A DNA stretch of 63,991 nucleotides, filler included, from Porpidia crustulata (lineage: Eukaryota): NCBI GenBank assembly GCA_964255105.1. It is 4 parts of 4 records of this genome, joined end to end, with 100 filler letters (N's around TTAATTAATTAA, not from the genome) between each part and the next. Parts side by side here need not be neighbours in the genome. Positions count along the whole stretch, not along the records: positions 49,640 to 63,991 come from CAXUWE010000382.1; 3 more parts are not named here. The stretch is one strand, 5' to 3'. This document shows, one piece after another, positions 49,654 through 63,991 of the stretch (the stretch's first letter is position 1; each line of letters opens with the position of its first letter). Made by a program: the position numbers and the translations under genes. The notes beneath the pieces were generated by a model. It saw nothing but the letters and a program-made list of their open reading frames with translations, was not told the origin of the DNA and ran no database searches.

Positions 49654-49830
49654 TCACCCTCTCAAACTCTCCACCCACCCCGTCCCCACTTTATCGACCA
49701 TAGCCGGATACTGCGTCTCAAGCAGAATAATCGCACTTTTCGGCTCCTCCCCCTTGCGTAAGAGATCCTTGACGAACGCCGTCATCGCGGGCGTCCATCC
49801 GATGGGTTTGTTCGCCGAAGCGCTAGGCAT
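49654..49830 (-). CDS. Putative 58-aa small helical protein (not in ORF track)
   Basis: MPSASANKPIGWTPAMTAFVKDLLRKGEEPKSAIILLETQYPAMVDKVGTGWVESLRG*. Good start context (CACAACC ATG), amphipathic helical pattern. Confidence 0.5.
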   Translation of the reverse strand: MPSASANKPIGWTPAMTAFVKDLLRKGEEPKSAIILLETQYPAMVDKVGTGWVESLRG

Positions 49831-50692
49831 GGTTGTGGATGTGCTGTAGCGGCGCGGGTTTTCAGGTGGGGACGGATGCGTCCAGGAAGTTTCGAGAAAG
49901 GGTAGGGGATCGCGAGGACTGTTGGTCGGGATGGAATAGAATAGGACCTGAGAGAATCGACGGCAGGGAAGGTGCGATCGAACTTCGTAGTATTGAGTTT
50001 CCAGGGTCTGTTTGGAAGGGCTGATTGTCGACTGATGTTGTGTAATCGATGGGGTTTGATAGCCTTGCGTGGCAGTGTAGACGCCGTGGATTCGCTTTCG
50101 GGAGAAGCGAACAAGGAGTGGAAGCGTAGTGGGAGGATGTCGGACTCGCTCTTGGGTTTGGTCTCGTGGTAGCGTTAGCTTCTGTGGGCGGATGGCGAGA
50201 GGAATGTGTCACGAAGATGGGACGTGCGATGAAAGCTATATAGACGTTGTACGGAGGGGGTTTGCTTCTTCATCTTTGTTCGCCTCATTGCGCAGGGTGT
50301 GTTGTGACTTTGGATTTCATGAGGGAACAGGCATTGATGCCCAATGCGAAAGACCGTCGAGAATGAAGGCATAGACGAGAGGTGTGACAAACAACAAGCA
50401 CAACAATACGCTCTTTGTGGAGGTACGGCAACAAGAGTGTGAAATGTTTGGACGTAAAGGTAAAGGCTGTGTATGAGCAATTGGTACCTGAAATAGCCGC
50501 TATTGCTTTTGATTTGGTTTCTTCAATGCCAATACCCAAGATTGGACCACAAACGCCGAATGCGACCGTTATATGAGAACCCGTAAAGCCGGTCCAACCA
50601 TCCATGCATTACCCAAACCATGCCAAGTCAAGCAGTATCAAAGACGTGCAGGAAAAGATTTGGAAATTTCATTAGTCGATACCTTGGCGGGT

Positions 50693-51734
50693 CTAGAAGA
50701 GCCCACCGAACCCTCTAACAAACCAGGTGAAGGAGACTATAGTAACTGCACACATGCCGAACATGAACTTGATAGTCTGGCGTTCAACGTCGGAAAGGGC
50801 ACTGCTGCAGGTAGCACACGTCCAATCTATCCCATGCAAAGCTTAGCAACATCCAGAGATAGCGAGTGGGAGAGAATGGACATACCACTACGTGGAGTGT
50901 AGGCCTGGGGAATGTACATGCCAAAGGAGTATTGGTTATATGTGCCAAGATGCCCTGCCTCCGCAACTTGAGTCGTGTCTTTTGAGGCATCATGGATTAC
51001 TAATGTGTAGGTCTCTGTCAACAAGGGAGATGTTCCCGTCTCGTCTGGCTTGGTGTCCCACACAACACTGCCTGTTGAGGCAAAGCTCGCGTTGTTGGAG
51101 ATAGTGTATGTGGCGCTATTGGCAGTGCAAGTGACAAGGATGTCGACATTTGAAGGTGTTACTGATAGTGAAGTGTAGTTCCAAACGAATGACACAGGAT
51201 CTCCGATCTTGTAATATGTGGTTTGCGCGAGTGCAGATGGCGTCAGTAGATTGACTCCGCCCGCAGGCAGACGAGGATCTACTGGTGTGGTTTGTGCAGC
51301 ACTCGAAGTCTGCTTCGACGATCCTTGGGATGAAGAGGTCTTGGTGGCGCTAGATGACCCTGATTTTGACCCAGAGCCATTGGTGCTCGAAGAACCAGAA
51401 GTTCCGGAATTCGAAGATGTCGGCGTGGTTTTGGTAGAGTCAGTCTGTGATGTAGATTGTGAGGACGTATCGGAACCTATTGCAACCAACGAAGCTTAGC
51501 AATTGAGCCGTGATTGCGGGAGACTGTTCGAATAGCCAAATACTTACTTGTTTGCGAACTTGATTGTGAAGTACTTTGTGTATTGCTCTGTGAGCTACTT
51601 TGAGGACTTGATTGTTGTCTGGCTACCAGTCCTCTCATATTGTCTAATGATGGTGGCCAAGGCCACGCCAGAGTGAGGGAGGCCAAGAAGCAGATCATTA
51701 CAAGGACACGCCTTAGACACAACCTCTGCAACAT
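50693..51734 (-). CDS. Conserved fungal secreted/cell-surface Ser/Thr-rich protein with C-terminal TM segment (multi-exon)
   Basis: Signal peptide (VLVMICFLASLTLAWPW), S/T-rich stalk, DPRLPAGGV..YYKIG..WNYTSL domain. Last exon reads DWTCATCSSAL..FMFGMCAVTIVSFTWF. Confidence 0.8.
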
Positions 51735-52407
51735 GCTTGCGACAGGCTGCACCAATGAAGGAGACCAACCGTAAGTATCGTCTCTTTCTTGTCCAAATGA
51801 ATAGAATTGCTGACAGCTTTCTCCAACCTCGTGATCGTAAGGCTGGTGTTTATGTACGGCCCCTGCAGCCTGAGTGGACGGAGTAAGTGATGCACAGGCG
51901 GTGAGCCAAACAGTAATAGATGCAGCGAATGATGTGGAGATAAACGAAAGGTCTCCAATGAGGATACAGAGAAAGCTCCGTGGTACAGAAAACGTGAAGA
52001 AAATGAATTGTTGATGTTGCGATTTTGTTTTCTTGGGGCAATATTTGAAGGTATCATACGATGTGGTTAGCTTCCGTCACCAGGGTCGCCCTATGCCACG
52101 TCTATTTTTAGACCAGCCTCTCGTGCCTGTTGGCAAATTCATCGCCATACATTAATATCTAAGTCAGCCGAGTCAAATGCTTCTTCAAAATGTCGTGTTT
52201 GGATTCGATATCAACATCGAAAGAAATATGTAAAGAATTCTTATGGTACAATCCTCACTGATGAATCGTTATATTGCGGAATACCTCCAGCGCCAACGCT
52301 TGCTGAAACGCTCGACAGAAAATGCCATGAGAAACCACCTGATGAATAAATGAACCCAAGCCCCTCCATCATATAGCCAAATGCTGAAGTGACTTCTAGT
52401 CCGATGC

Positions 52408-55400
52408 TTAAGGCTTGTATTCATCTTTTAATATCCAGCTTCCTCGGCCCCTAGAGCCTTTCTCAAGCGTTGCTATTTCTTTCAACATTTCCTTGAATTC
52501 TACCGTCTTTTGTGGCGTATTACAATGTCTGTTGAAATGGTCAATCAGCATATGCGTATGCAATCTGCCGCCATGTGCGACGAGGTAGTCACGGATGAGT
52601 TCCATAAAGTCTGTGCTCTTTGGACCTGAAGGAGCGCTTTGATTTGATGCACGGCTTGTTTGGGTATTGGCTAGTGATCCAGTCACAGCTTGCCGATTTT
52701 GCAAACTTGCCAGTATACTTAACGAAGCAGGCCCACCTCGGCCACGACCAAATGCTCGGTGCTGCGAAGATTGTAGCTCCGGTCTTCCGGCTGTGCCAAA
52801 CTGGCCGGTCCAAGTGGGAGTACCAATAGGCACTGCCCTTGCAGCCTCACCCGCTTTCTTCAACTCGGCTGCAGCCTGAGCTGCCACTTTTTTGGCTTCC
52901 TTCTCAATGATCTTTGGATCAGCCTTTATGACTCGTTTTCCATTAACGATCTGGTCGTGTTCAAGTGCGGAGTGAACACCGGATCGGGCAAATATGCCCT
53001 CCATGAGTCGAGCTTCGGAATTTGTAGTGTCTTTAGAGGTGCCTCTAAGTTCATCATCTCCGTCGCCTTGAAATGGGACTAAAGAGACTACCCCAGTCAT
53101 ATTCTGAACCGCTAAATTGTTTTCGAGTTTGACGTTCGCAGTAGAAGAAGTACTTCCGTCAACCACTATCTGATCGTGCTGGTCCGCTGCTGGACTATTT
53201 TCATCGTTGAACTGGACTTCTGTACCTTTAAACATCTCATTGGTCTCTGTAGCGTGTCCACCAGCCTCTCCAAGACTGAATAAATCATGAAGGTCCTTTA
53301 TCTGAAATGTCTGACGCTGCTTAGGGTCCCTTAAGATCTTGTTGGTCAAAAATTGCTTGAATAATTGTCGATGGTAGATCTTCTCTTCTATAGTTCCAGC
53401 AGTCATTAGACGATAAATTTTGACCTCCCGCTTCTGCCCTAGCCTCCAAGCTCGTTCTCGAGCTTGAACATCGGTGGACGGATTCCAATCGGGATCATAT
53501 ATGATGACACGGTTTGCGCCTGTGAGATTGATACCCAAACCGCCAACCTTTGTGGTGAGGAGGAAAACGTGAAGTTCTGGGTTGTTGTTGAACTCGTCGA
53601 CCATACCCTGGCGGCTATGAATGGGTGTGTTACCATCCAAGCGGCGAAAATTAAAATTCTGTAGGGTTTTGATAAATTTTTCGAGTATATCAAGCATTAT
53701 GCGATGCTGGGCGAATAATAGCGTCTTCTGACCCTGTTCCTTCCACAACTCCAGCAATGCTTTCACGACTTGCATTTTCCCGGACTTAGCACCACTTCCA
53801 TAATTATATCCAGGTCTAATTGAAAGGGATTTATGCTCCACTAAATCCGGATGATTGCAGATTTTGCGCAATATGTCGACCCCGTATAAGACCTGACGTT
53901 TACCATTCATGATTGCCGTTAAATCATTAGAGCCCAAGAAATTCTCGTATGACTCGCGCTGAATTTTTGTTAATTTGCAAAACAGTACTTGCTCACTCTT
54001 CTTCGGCAGATCAGATGCAACGTCAACCTTGAATCGTTGCAGCAAGTAGGGGGATATGGTATCTTTCAAAGTCTCAGCACATCTCATTGCTGTCTGAACT
54101 TGGAGATTTGAGGCATTCGCATAACCTCCTTGTCTTATGGGGAATTCGAACTGCTGTCGAAAATTGACCAGGGTGCCCAACCGCATGGGAAAGACAAAGT
54201 CGAACAGCGACCATAATTCCACAAGATTATTTTGCATGGGCGTTCCCGATAAGATTATACGATTAGCGGTCCGTAGCTCTTTACAATAGATTGTAATCGC
54301 GGTGTTTGGATTACGGATCTTGTGCCCTTCGTCAAGAATTGCATACTCCCAATTGACCGGTATCAGCAAGTCGGCATGTGTCTGCAGGCCAGAATATGTT
54401 GTGACTAAGACGTGGCCGTTATTAATCACCCGGTCCACGATCTTCTTGGCCGCTTTTTGTCCCTTTGTCATTGATTTTCTTCTTGCGTCCGGTAGCTGTG
54501 ACATGAGTTCATCCTCGCGCCGGGCTTCTCGGCCTAAGTCAATCATACCGCTACCGGATGTGTGTAATATCGATACTCGGAAGGGAGGCCACCAAGTGTG
54601 AAACTCATTTACCCATTGCTTCATCACTGTTGCCGGAGCGACCACGATAACTGGCCTGGCGAGGATCTTGCTGTGATGAAGGCCAGCAAGAAAGGCAATG
54701 ACCTGGATCGTCTTACCAAGCCCCATCTCGTCGCCAACGATACCTCCAACTTGCTGAGAATAGAGCTCCCAAAGCCACTGCACGCCTGTCTTTTGATAAT
54801 CAAATAATGAAGGGTAGATGTCTCCGGGCATCCTATAGTTGCCTTCGAACTCTGTGTCTGGCCTTGTTGGATGTGATAAACACCATTCCTCGTCTGTCAA
54901 CCCATCGCCATGACTATCAACACTGTTTGCACGTTGCTCATTTTTGATTTCAGGGTCCATGACCGCGTTATCATCGCCGTGTACTGTCAAGGTTTTCTTA
55001 ACATTCGCCTTCCGGCGAGCCGCGCTCCTCCTGCTAATCCAGCTCCGCAGCCGATTTTGGTAAAGGTTTTCGTTCCCGTCATCAAAACTAGTCAGATCCT
55101 CAGTCGAGGCCACTCTTCCTTGCGAATTGCCTTTGCGCTTCCGATAAAGTGGCGAATTTGCCTCTGACATTGACGCATCGTCCGCAAAGTTCTCTTCGCT
55201 GTCATTCTCGGGGCTGCCTGATACCGCAGTTTCTTGGTCTTTGTGATATTTGTGGTCCGGAACAAAGGCAACATCTTCCTCTTCGGCACAAGGAATTGTG
55301 ATGTTGCGAGTTAATTCAATAGGGACTGTTTCATTTCCATCGATTGTGTTGCCGGTATTTTGAGTATATCTTTGACGTAGCCGCCGTCGCTTCGCTGGTC

Positions 55401-56226
55401 TACCGGAATCCGTGGCATCGGAGGTGAGCTCGCTCAAATCATTATCGGCAAAGCCAGGTTGGAGTAAATTGCGATGGGAAAGAGTTTCAGGGACAGATGA
55501 CTTATCCTGCGATTGCTCATCCTCGAGCTCGCCATACTCCGCATCAAGTAGAACATCTTGAAGATTAGACTCAGACCGTCCAAGAGAACGACCAGGTATC
55601 TTGGAGAATGGAGTAATTTTTCCTGTGCGAATAAGAAAATCGCGCTGGCTTTCGCTTGGCAGCTTGTGGTTTGTCGATTCCTCCAACAGGGATCCTCCAT
55701 AGCCATCCTCTTCTCCATGTCTCTTATCTATACGCTCCTGTATCTGGCCGAGGTCCTCGTCCAAAGCTCTAATGCTGGCTTCCAAGTGTGAGATCTCAGC
55801 TTGCAGCCGCGCAGTCCTTGCTGATCCTGCAGAATATTTCAGTTTTTCTTGTAATTTCCGTACTTGGGCCCGAAGCTTCCTGTGTTGTCTAAATTAGCTA
55901 TCATTGGGCGAAGCGGCGGAATTGTTGTCAGCCGTCCCATACTCTTTATCCGCTTGCGACTTTTCCAACCGCTTTTCGTCCCTCTCATTGGCTTGCTCAA
56001 AAAGTAAGTGGCTTGCCTATGAGCGTTTGTGAGCATATTAGCTAAAAATTATCGAAGGTGATCGATGTCACACCTGACGGCCAATGTCCCGTTCAAGATC
56101 ATCTTGGTCTCTCACGCCCGTAGCCAAATTTTTAAGACGGCTGGCTTCATCTTGAGCTTGGGCAATATCGCGACCAGTATTCGCCTCAGAGCCATCGATG
56201 AGCTCTTCGCTAATTGACTCATCCAT
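52408..56226 (-). CDS. RAD26: Transcription-coupled repair SNF2-family ATPase Rad26/CSB
   Basis: ESQRDFLIRTGKITPF, GDEMGLGKT, DEGH, LSGTP, ARERAWRLGQ, C-terminal winged-helix-like segment. Upstream exon MDESISEE..ERDIGRQ. Confidence 0.95.
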
Positions 56227-57475
56227 CGCCGGCGATGATAACGAATTCAGTATTTTGACCGTTGACGGTTACTAAATGGTCCATTGCATCCTACCCGTAT
56301 CGCCTTCTTCTAGTTCAACCGTTGACAGGAGATACTCAGTTCGGCGATTGTGTCCGAGCTAGGCTGTGGGTGTACATCATGATCGCACTGCAATAAATAT
56401 TAGCTTAATGTAAGCTGTAGAAGTGTGATGAAGCTGATGCTTACTGACCCTATCCAGAGCCCTATCTAGGGATGAGTTCGTTTTCGCAACCCAAAGATTG
56501 TATAGTACCATCACACGAGTTTATTCGTTGAAGCTTAGGGCGATCGACGTTGGATTCGGTTGGGCAGTAGCAAATGGAGGGAAGGGAGTATGGCTTTTGC
56601 CCTGAAGTAAAGGTTACGATACTCAGTCGTTTACACCGCGGGACTGATTAAAGAAATTGTGAGTTCGATCAAAGACCTCGTTGCCGCAATCTATAGTGTG
56701 GTAGTGTACTCAAGTACGTCAGTGAATGACTCACGGAAGGTCTAACTAGCAAAGGCATAGGTGGCTGGCCTCCTTAGAGTCGGGAGCGGACTTAGTAACA
56801 ATCCCCTGCGGCGAGGTTTGGTGGTGCGCATGGGGGGGTACCTACATTCAACATTATATAACATTGTAAATCAGTTGCTGCCCATCAGATATCGCTTAGT
56901 CTGGTATTAAGTATGCTTTGCTTGCTGTCTTACAGTTGGTGAGTGCTCATTGTTAAGTATAGTCGCTGTGGCTGGTTCCGAGCCATTGTCCGGCCCCCGT
57001 AGAGTACGACGGATCCTCAATCACATCTTTGACGAGTTTCATTGCTGTGCTGGCAGACCCGCCAGACTTACTTTCAACTCCACGCCCTGGACATCACAGC
57101 CCAAGTACTAGGGACGCCTTTCGTTGTCGTCTGATTGGCTTCCAGAGATAATCGGCTTTCGAGCCTCCTGAGTCACAGCTTTTCTCTAGTCTCAAGACCA
57201 CCCCAGATCAGTACCGTATACCTCGACTGGGTTAGGGAGGAACTCAAACAAAAATTCTAAGCTTCAACTTAACCAAGGTCTTTTCAGTAATTCAATCGTG
57301 CAACTGCTACAAAGCATATCTGGACGCCTAGTTCATGATCCGGTGTCCAAAAAGGGCTGAGTCGCCCTCAGTTTTGACGCCGAGCCTTCCTCGTACCGCT
57401 GAGTGGTTTTGATCACAACACCACTGACGGACGTGGATGTTCAAATTGACATAACGTTGATTTCGGAAAGCTGCA

Positions 57476-60558
<3,083 letters not shown>

Positions 60559-61405
60559 GATCCAGAAGCCAAGCCATGCATAGGTGTCCTATCTCGCATT
60601 TGGTCTTCTTGCGAACCGATGCTATTAGCGAAAGTATAGAGTCGCCATTCGACGGCAACTCTATGACCAATCACAAACGACGAAACGAAATGCCGATAAC
60701 CCACCCTGGGCCCGAGTACCTTGATACTCAAAACGGTGTAACAGTGCTGAGCACTTCCGCGTGGATGCCTTGGAGTGCTTACTGATGTACTCCCATGACT
60801 GCCGGCACCAACTATAGCAAAATAGTGACAGGCTTTTGTAATCAACTGCCGTACTTCTCCAACCCACCCACAAGCGTACTAGCATCTGATCGAGTTGTTG
60901 TGCATTCTGCTTTCGTTCAAATCAACGGGAAAGAAGCTCAGCTTCAATGCGTGGTGGCTTGACCTATGCGATACCTTAGTAGCCTGGTCACGAAACGTCA
61001 CAGGCTGCTCTTACGTAGGTAGATAGCCCTTCGTACTCGATACGGAGCAACTCCTAAGATTGGAACCGTAGATATATCATTATAGTAGATAGTTCACCGG
61101 AAGTTATCTTTGCTCGAGTATTCTCGAAAGCTTAAGATTCTTTATTATCAACACCTTTCTAGCAAAGCGGGTTTTGAACGAGGCTCTACTTTACAGTCGC
61201 AGCGACCTTGTTTGTGACTCACGGACTTAAATCGCGTATCACCTTTTCGCTTAAAGTTCCACCACACAGTTGTGACAGTGTCGCCCAAAAGATCGAACCT
61301 CACACGTTATATATCCATAACCCATAATTCGTACGAAGCCGCTGTATCAAGCCTTTGAAGGTCTATCGTCTTCGAACACTCAAATTTGTTCGTTTGGAAG
61401 CCGCC

Positions 61406-63991
61406 ATGTCACGATTTTTTACCGCGGGTGACAGCTCCAGCGAGAGCAGCTCCTCAGATGAGGAAGAACTCTATAGCGGAGATGAGGCGGAGGCAAAGTC
61501 AGAAGAACAGTCAAGCAGTGAAGGGGAATCCTCGGAGGATGTAGATGACGCTTCTTCTGATGAGGAAGGTGGAAAAGGAGGAGTATCGAAATTTTTGCGA
61601 GATGCTGCGTCAAGTGACGAAAGTGAAGATGAGGACAGGCACACGGTCGTAAAGAGTGCAAAGGATAAGAGACTGGAGGAATTGGAGGCTGTCGTGAGGT
61701 TGATCGACAATGCTAGGAAGATTAATGACTGGAGCTCGATATCGTCAGGTCAGCCTGCGTTACTCTAAGCTAGTACATCACGATCTGCTGACGTTCTATT
61801 CTTTAGAATTTGATAAGCTTAATCGTCAAATAACTAAGATGACCGCTCAGGATAAGGTGCCCAAGATCTATATACAGACAATAGCCGACATGGAGGACTT
61901 CATGAATGAGGCTATAGCGAAGCAGAAGGTTTCTACGAAGAAAATGAACGCTACGAATGCAAAAGGCCTCAATGCGATGAAGCAGAAAATCAAGAGAAAC
62001 AACAAAGACTACCTGACGGAGATCGAAAAATTCAGGGATGACAAAGGTGGCTACATGATGTCGGATGAGGAGGAAGAACCCGCCCCAGTTGAGAAACCAA
62101 AGAGAGCAAAGGTCGCGTATACCGATGGCACTGACGCCGGGGACGACGAAGGATTCTCGACTGTGGGCCGGGGAGGAAAGACGCTACAATACACTCCAGA
62201 GAGTATCTTGAAGCATCTGCGCTCAATTGTCGAATCTCGTGGGAAGAAGAACACAGACCGGGCAGAGCAGATCAGGATAATGGAGAAACTGCTAGAAGTG
62301 GCTACCACACCCTACCAGATAATTCGAGTGCTATTGACAATTATCTCGACACGGTTTGATCTGACATCAGGGTCATCCGCAACCTTTATGTCGCAGGAGC
62401 AATGGAAAATGTAAGAGTTCCAGCAGTGACTATGATTGGGTAATGACCGATTAATTCTGATTCCTACATTTAGGGCTGATCGCGAATACGGCACGCTCCT
62501 TGAGACGCTTGAAGGCAATCGTAACATCGTTGTACTTGAGCATGCTGAAGAATGGGAAGACGATGAGAAGCCGCCGCAACCTGTAGCTGGCGAGACGATC
62601 CGAGTTCCTGGGAGTATTGTGTCAATTGTGGAGCGCCTCGACGATGAGCTTACGCGGTCACTGCAGCATATAGACCCTCACACTGCTGAGTACATCGAGC
62701 GGCTAAGTGATGAGCAAGCTCTCCATACTAATATGATATGTGCTTTGCTCTACATTGAAAATCTCGCCAAGGACACAAAATTAGAGATATCCCAGGAAAA
62801 CGCAAACAGGATAGTCATGAGAAGGCTAGAGCATATCTACTTCAAACCGGCACAAGTCGTCAACATCCTTGAGCAGAAGGCTTGGGAAGGCATTCCATCT
62901 AAACTCGACTCTGAGATCACTCCTCGTGGTAATGCGACTGACACGGCCATTCTTGTCCAGACTCTGAGCACTTACCTCTTCAAGAACAGTGTTGACATAA
63001 TTCGAGCGCGGGCGTACCTTTGCCAAGTGTACTACTTCGCTCTGCACGATCAATATTACCGAGCTCGCGACATGCTGTTAATGTCTCACTTGCAAGAAAC
63101 TATCGGCAACTTCAATATCAACACCCAGATCTTGTTCAATCGTACCCTCGTACAAGTCGGTCTATGTGCTTTCAGAGCCAATCTCGTTTACGAATCACAG
63201 AACACCTTGCAGGAGATTTGCGGTAGTGGTAGACAAAAAGAACTCCTCGCTCAAGGCGTTATGATCCAGAGATATTCACAAGTGACCCCTGAACAAGAGC
63301 GTTTGGAAAGACAACGCCAGTTGCCCTTCCACATGCACATCAACCTCGAACTCCTCGAATGTGTCTATCTCACATGCTCTATGCTTCTGGAAATCCCATT
63401 ACTTGCGCAGACGGGCTCATCACCGGATATCAAGAAGCGCATTATTAGCAAAACCTACCGACGTCTCTTGGAATTCCACGAGCGTCAAATATTTACTGGA
63501 CCTCCTGAGAATACTCGGGATCACGTTATGCAAGCCTCTAGAGCACTAGCTGCTGGGGAGTGGAAAAAGGCGGCGGAGCTGATTAATTCGATCAAGATTT
63601 GGGAATTAATGGCAGAGTGTGACAAGACCAAGGCCATGCTCTCGGCGCAAATTCAGGAGGAAGGTTTAAGGACTTACCTCTTCACATACGCTCCTTTCTA
63701 CGACACACTCTCTGTCAATACTCTTGCATCGATGTTTGAGCTGTCTGAGCGGAAAGTTGCAGCAGTGGTTAGTAAGATGATATCGCACGAGGAACTAGCG
63801 GCTGCCATGGACCAAGTCAACAGTGCCATCATATTTCGAAAGGGTGTTGAGCTGTCACGATTGCAGAGCCTGGCGCTCACACTTAGCGATAAAGCTAGTG
63901 GGTTGATTGAGGCAAACGAGAGGACATTAGAGCAGAGGACTCAAGGGACTGCCAATGCTTTCGAGCGACAAGGTGGGCAAGGGGGTAGAGG
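61406..63991 (+). CDS. NIP1: Translation initiation factor eIF3 subunit c (partial; runs off window)
   Basis: MSRFF..acidic Ser-rich N-term, [48 protein letters not shown] domain. Confidence 0.96.

Overview
Filamentous ascomycete (Pezizomycotina) nuclear DNA with short GT-AG introns. It is not one locus: it is four contigs (1-16454, 16555-33001, 33102-49539, 49640-63991) joined by artificial N44-TTAATTAATTAA-N44 linkers, apparently sorted by length. Most genes are conserved housekeeping genes: divergent histone H3/H4 pair, Rpn4-like TF, Sap1/Yta6 AAA ATPase, a P450, Ariadne RBR E3 ligase, GPI1, Rco1-like PHD protein, Cdb4/Ebp1, an EEP hydrolase, Ceg1, Snf5, Rad26, Yak1 and eIF3c. The standout is in contig 1, where two genes flank the histone pair. 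They share a HeLo-like/SesA-type N-terminal helical domain, an equivalent phase-2 first intron and an FD-x5-S-x-A-Y linker motif, but end in different diverged copies of core signalling domains. One ends in a group I G-alpha domain whose catalytic Gln is Val; the other ends in Rho-GAP-type LIM domains plus a C2H2 finger. This architecture suggests, but does not prove, a NOD-less 'effector domain + integrated decoy' sensor family. Also noted: a stand-alone HET gene, a 58-aa ORF below the ORF-track cutoff, a candidate non-AUG NLS extension of the RBR ligase, and a decayed telomere-motif tandem repeat. All family calls come from motif recognition by eye; no searches were run.
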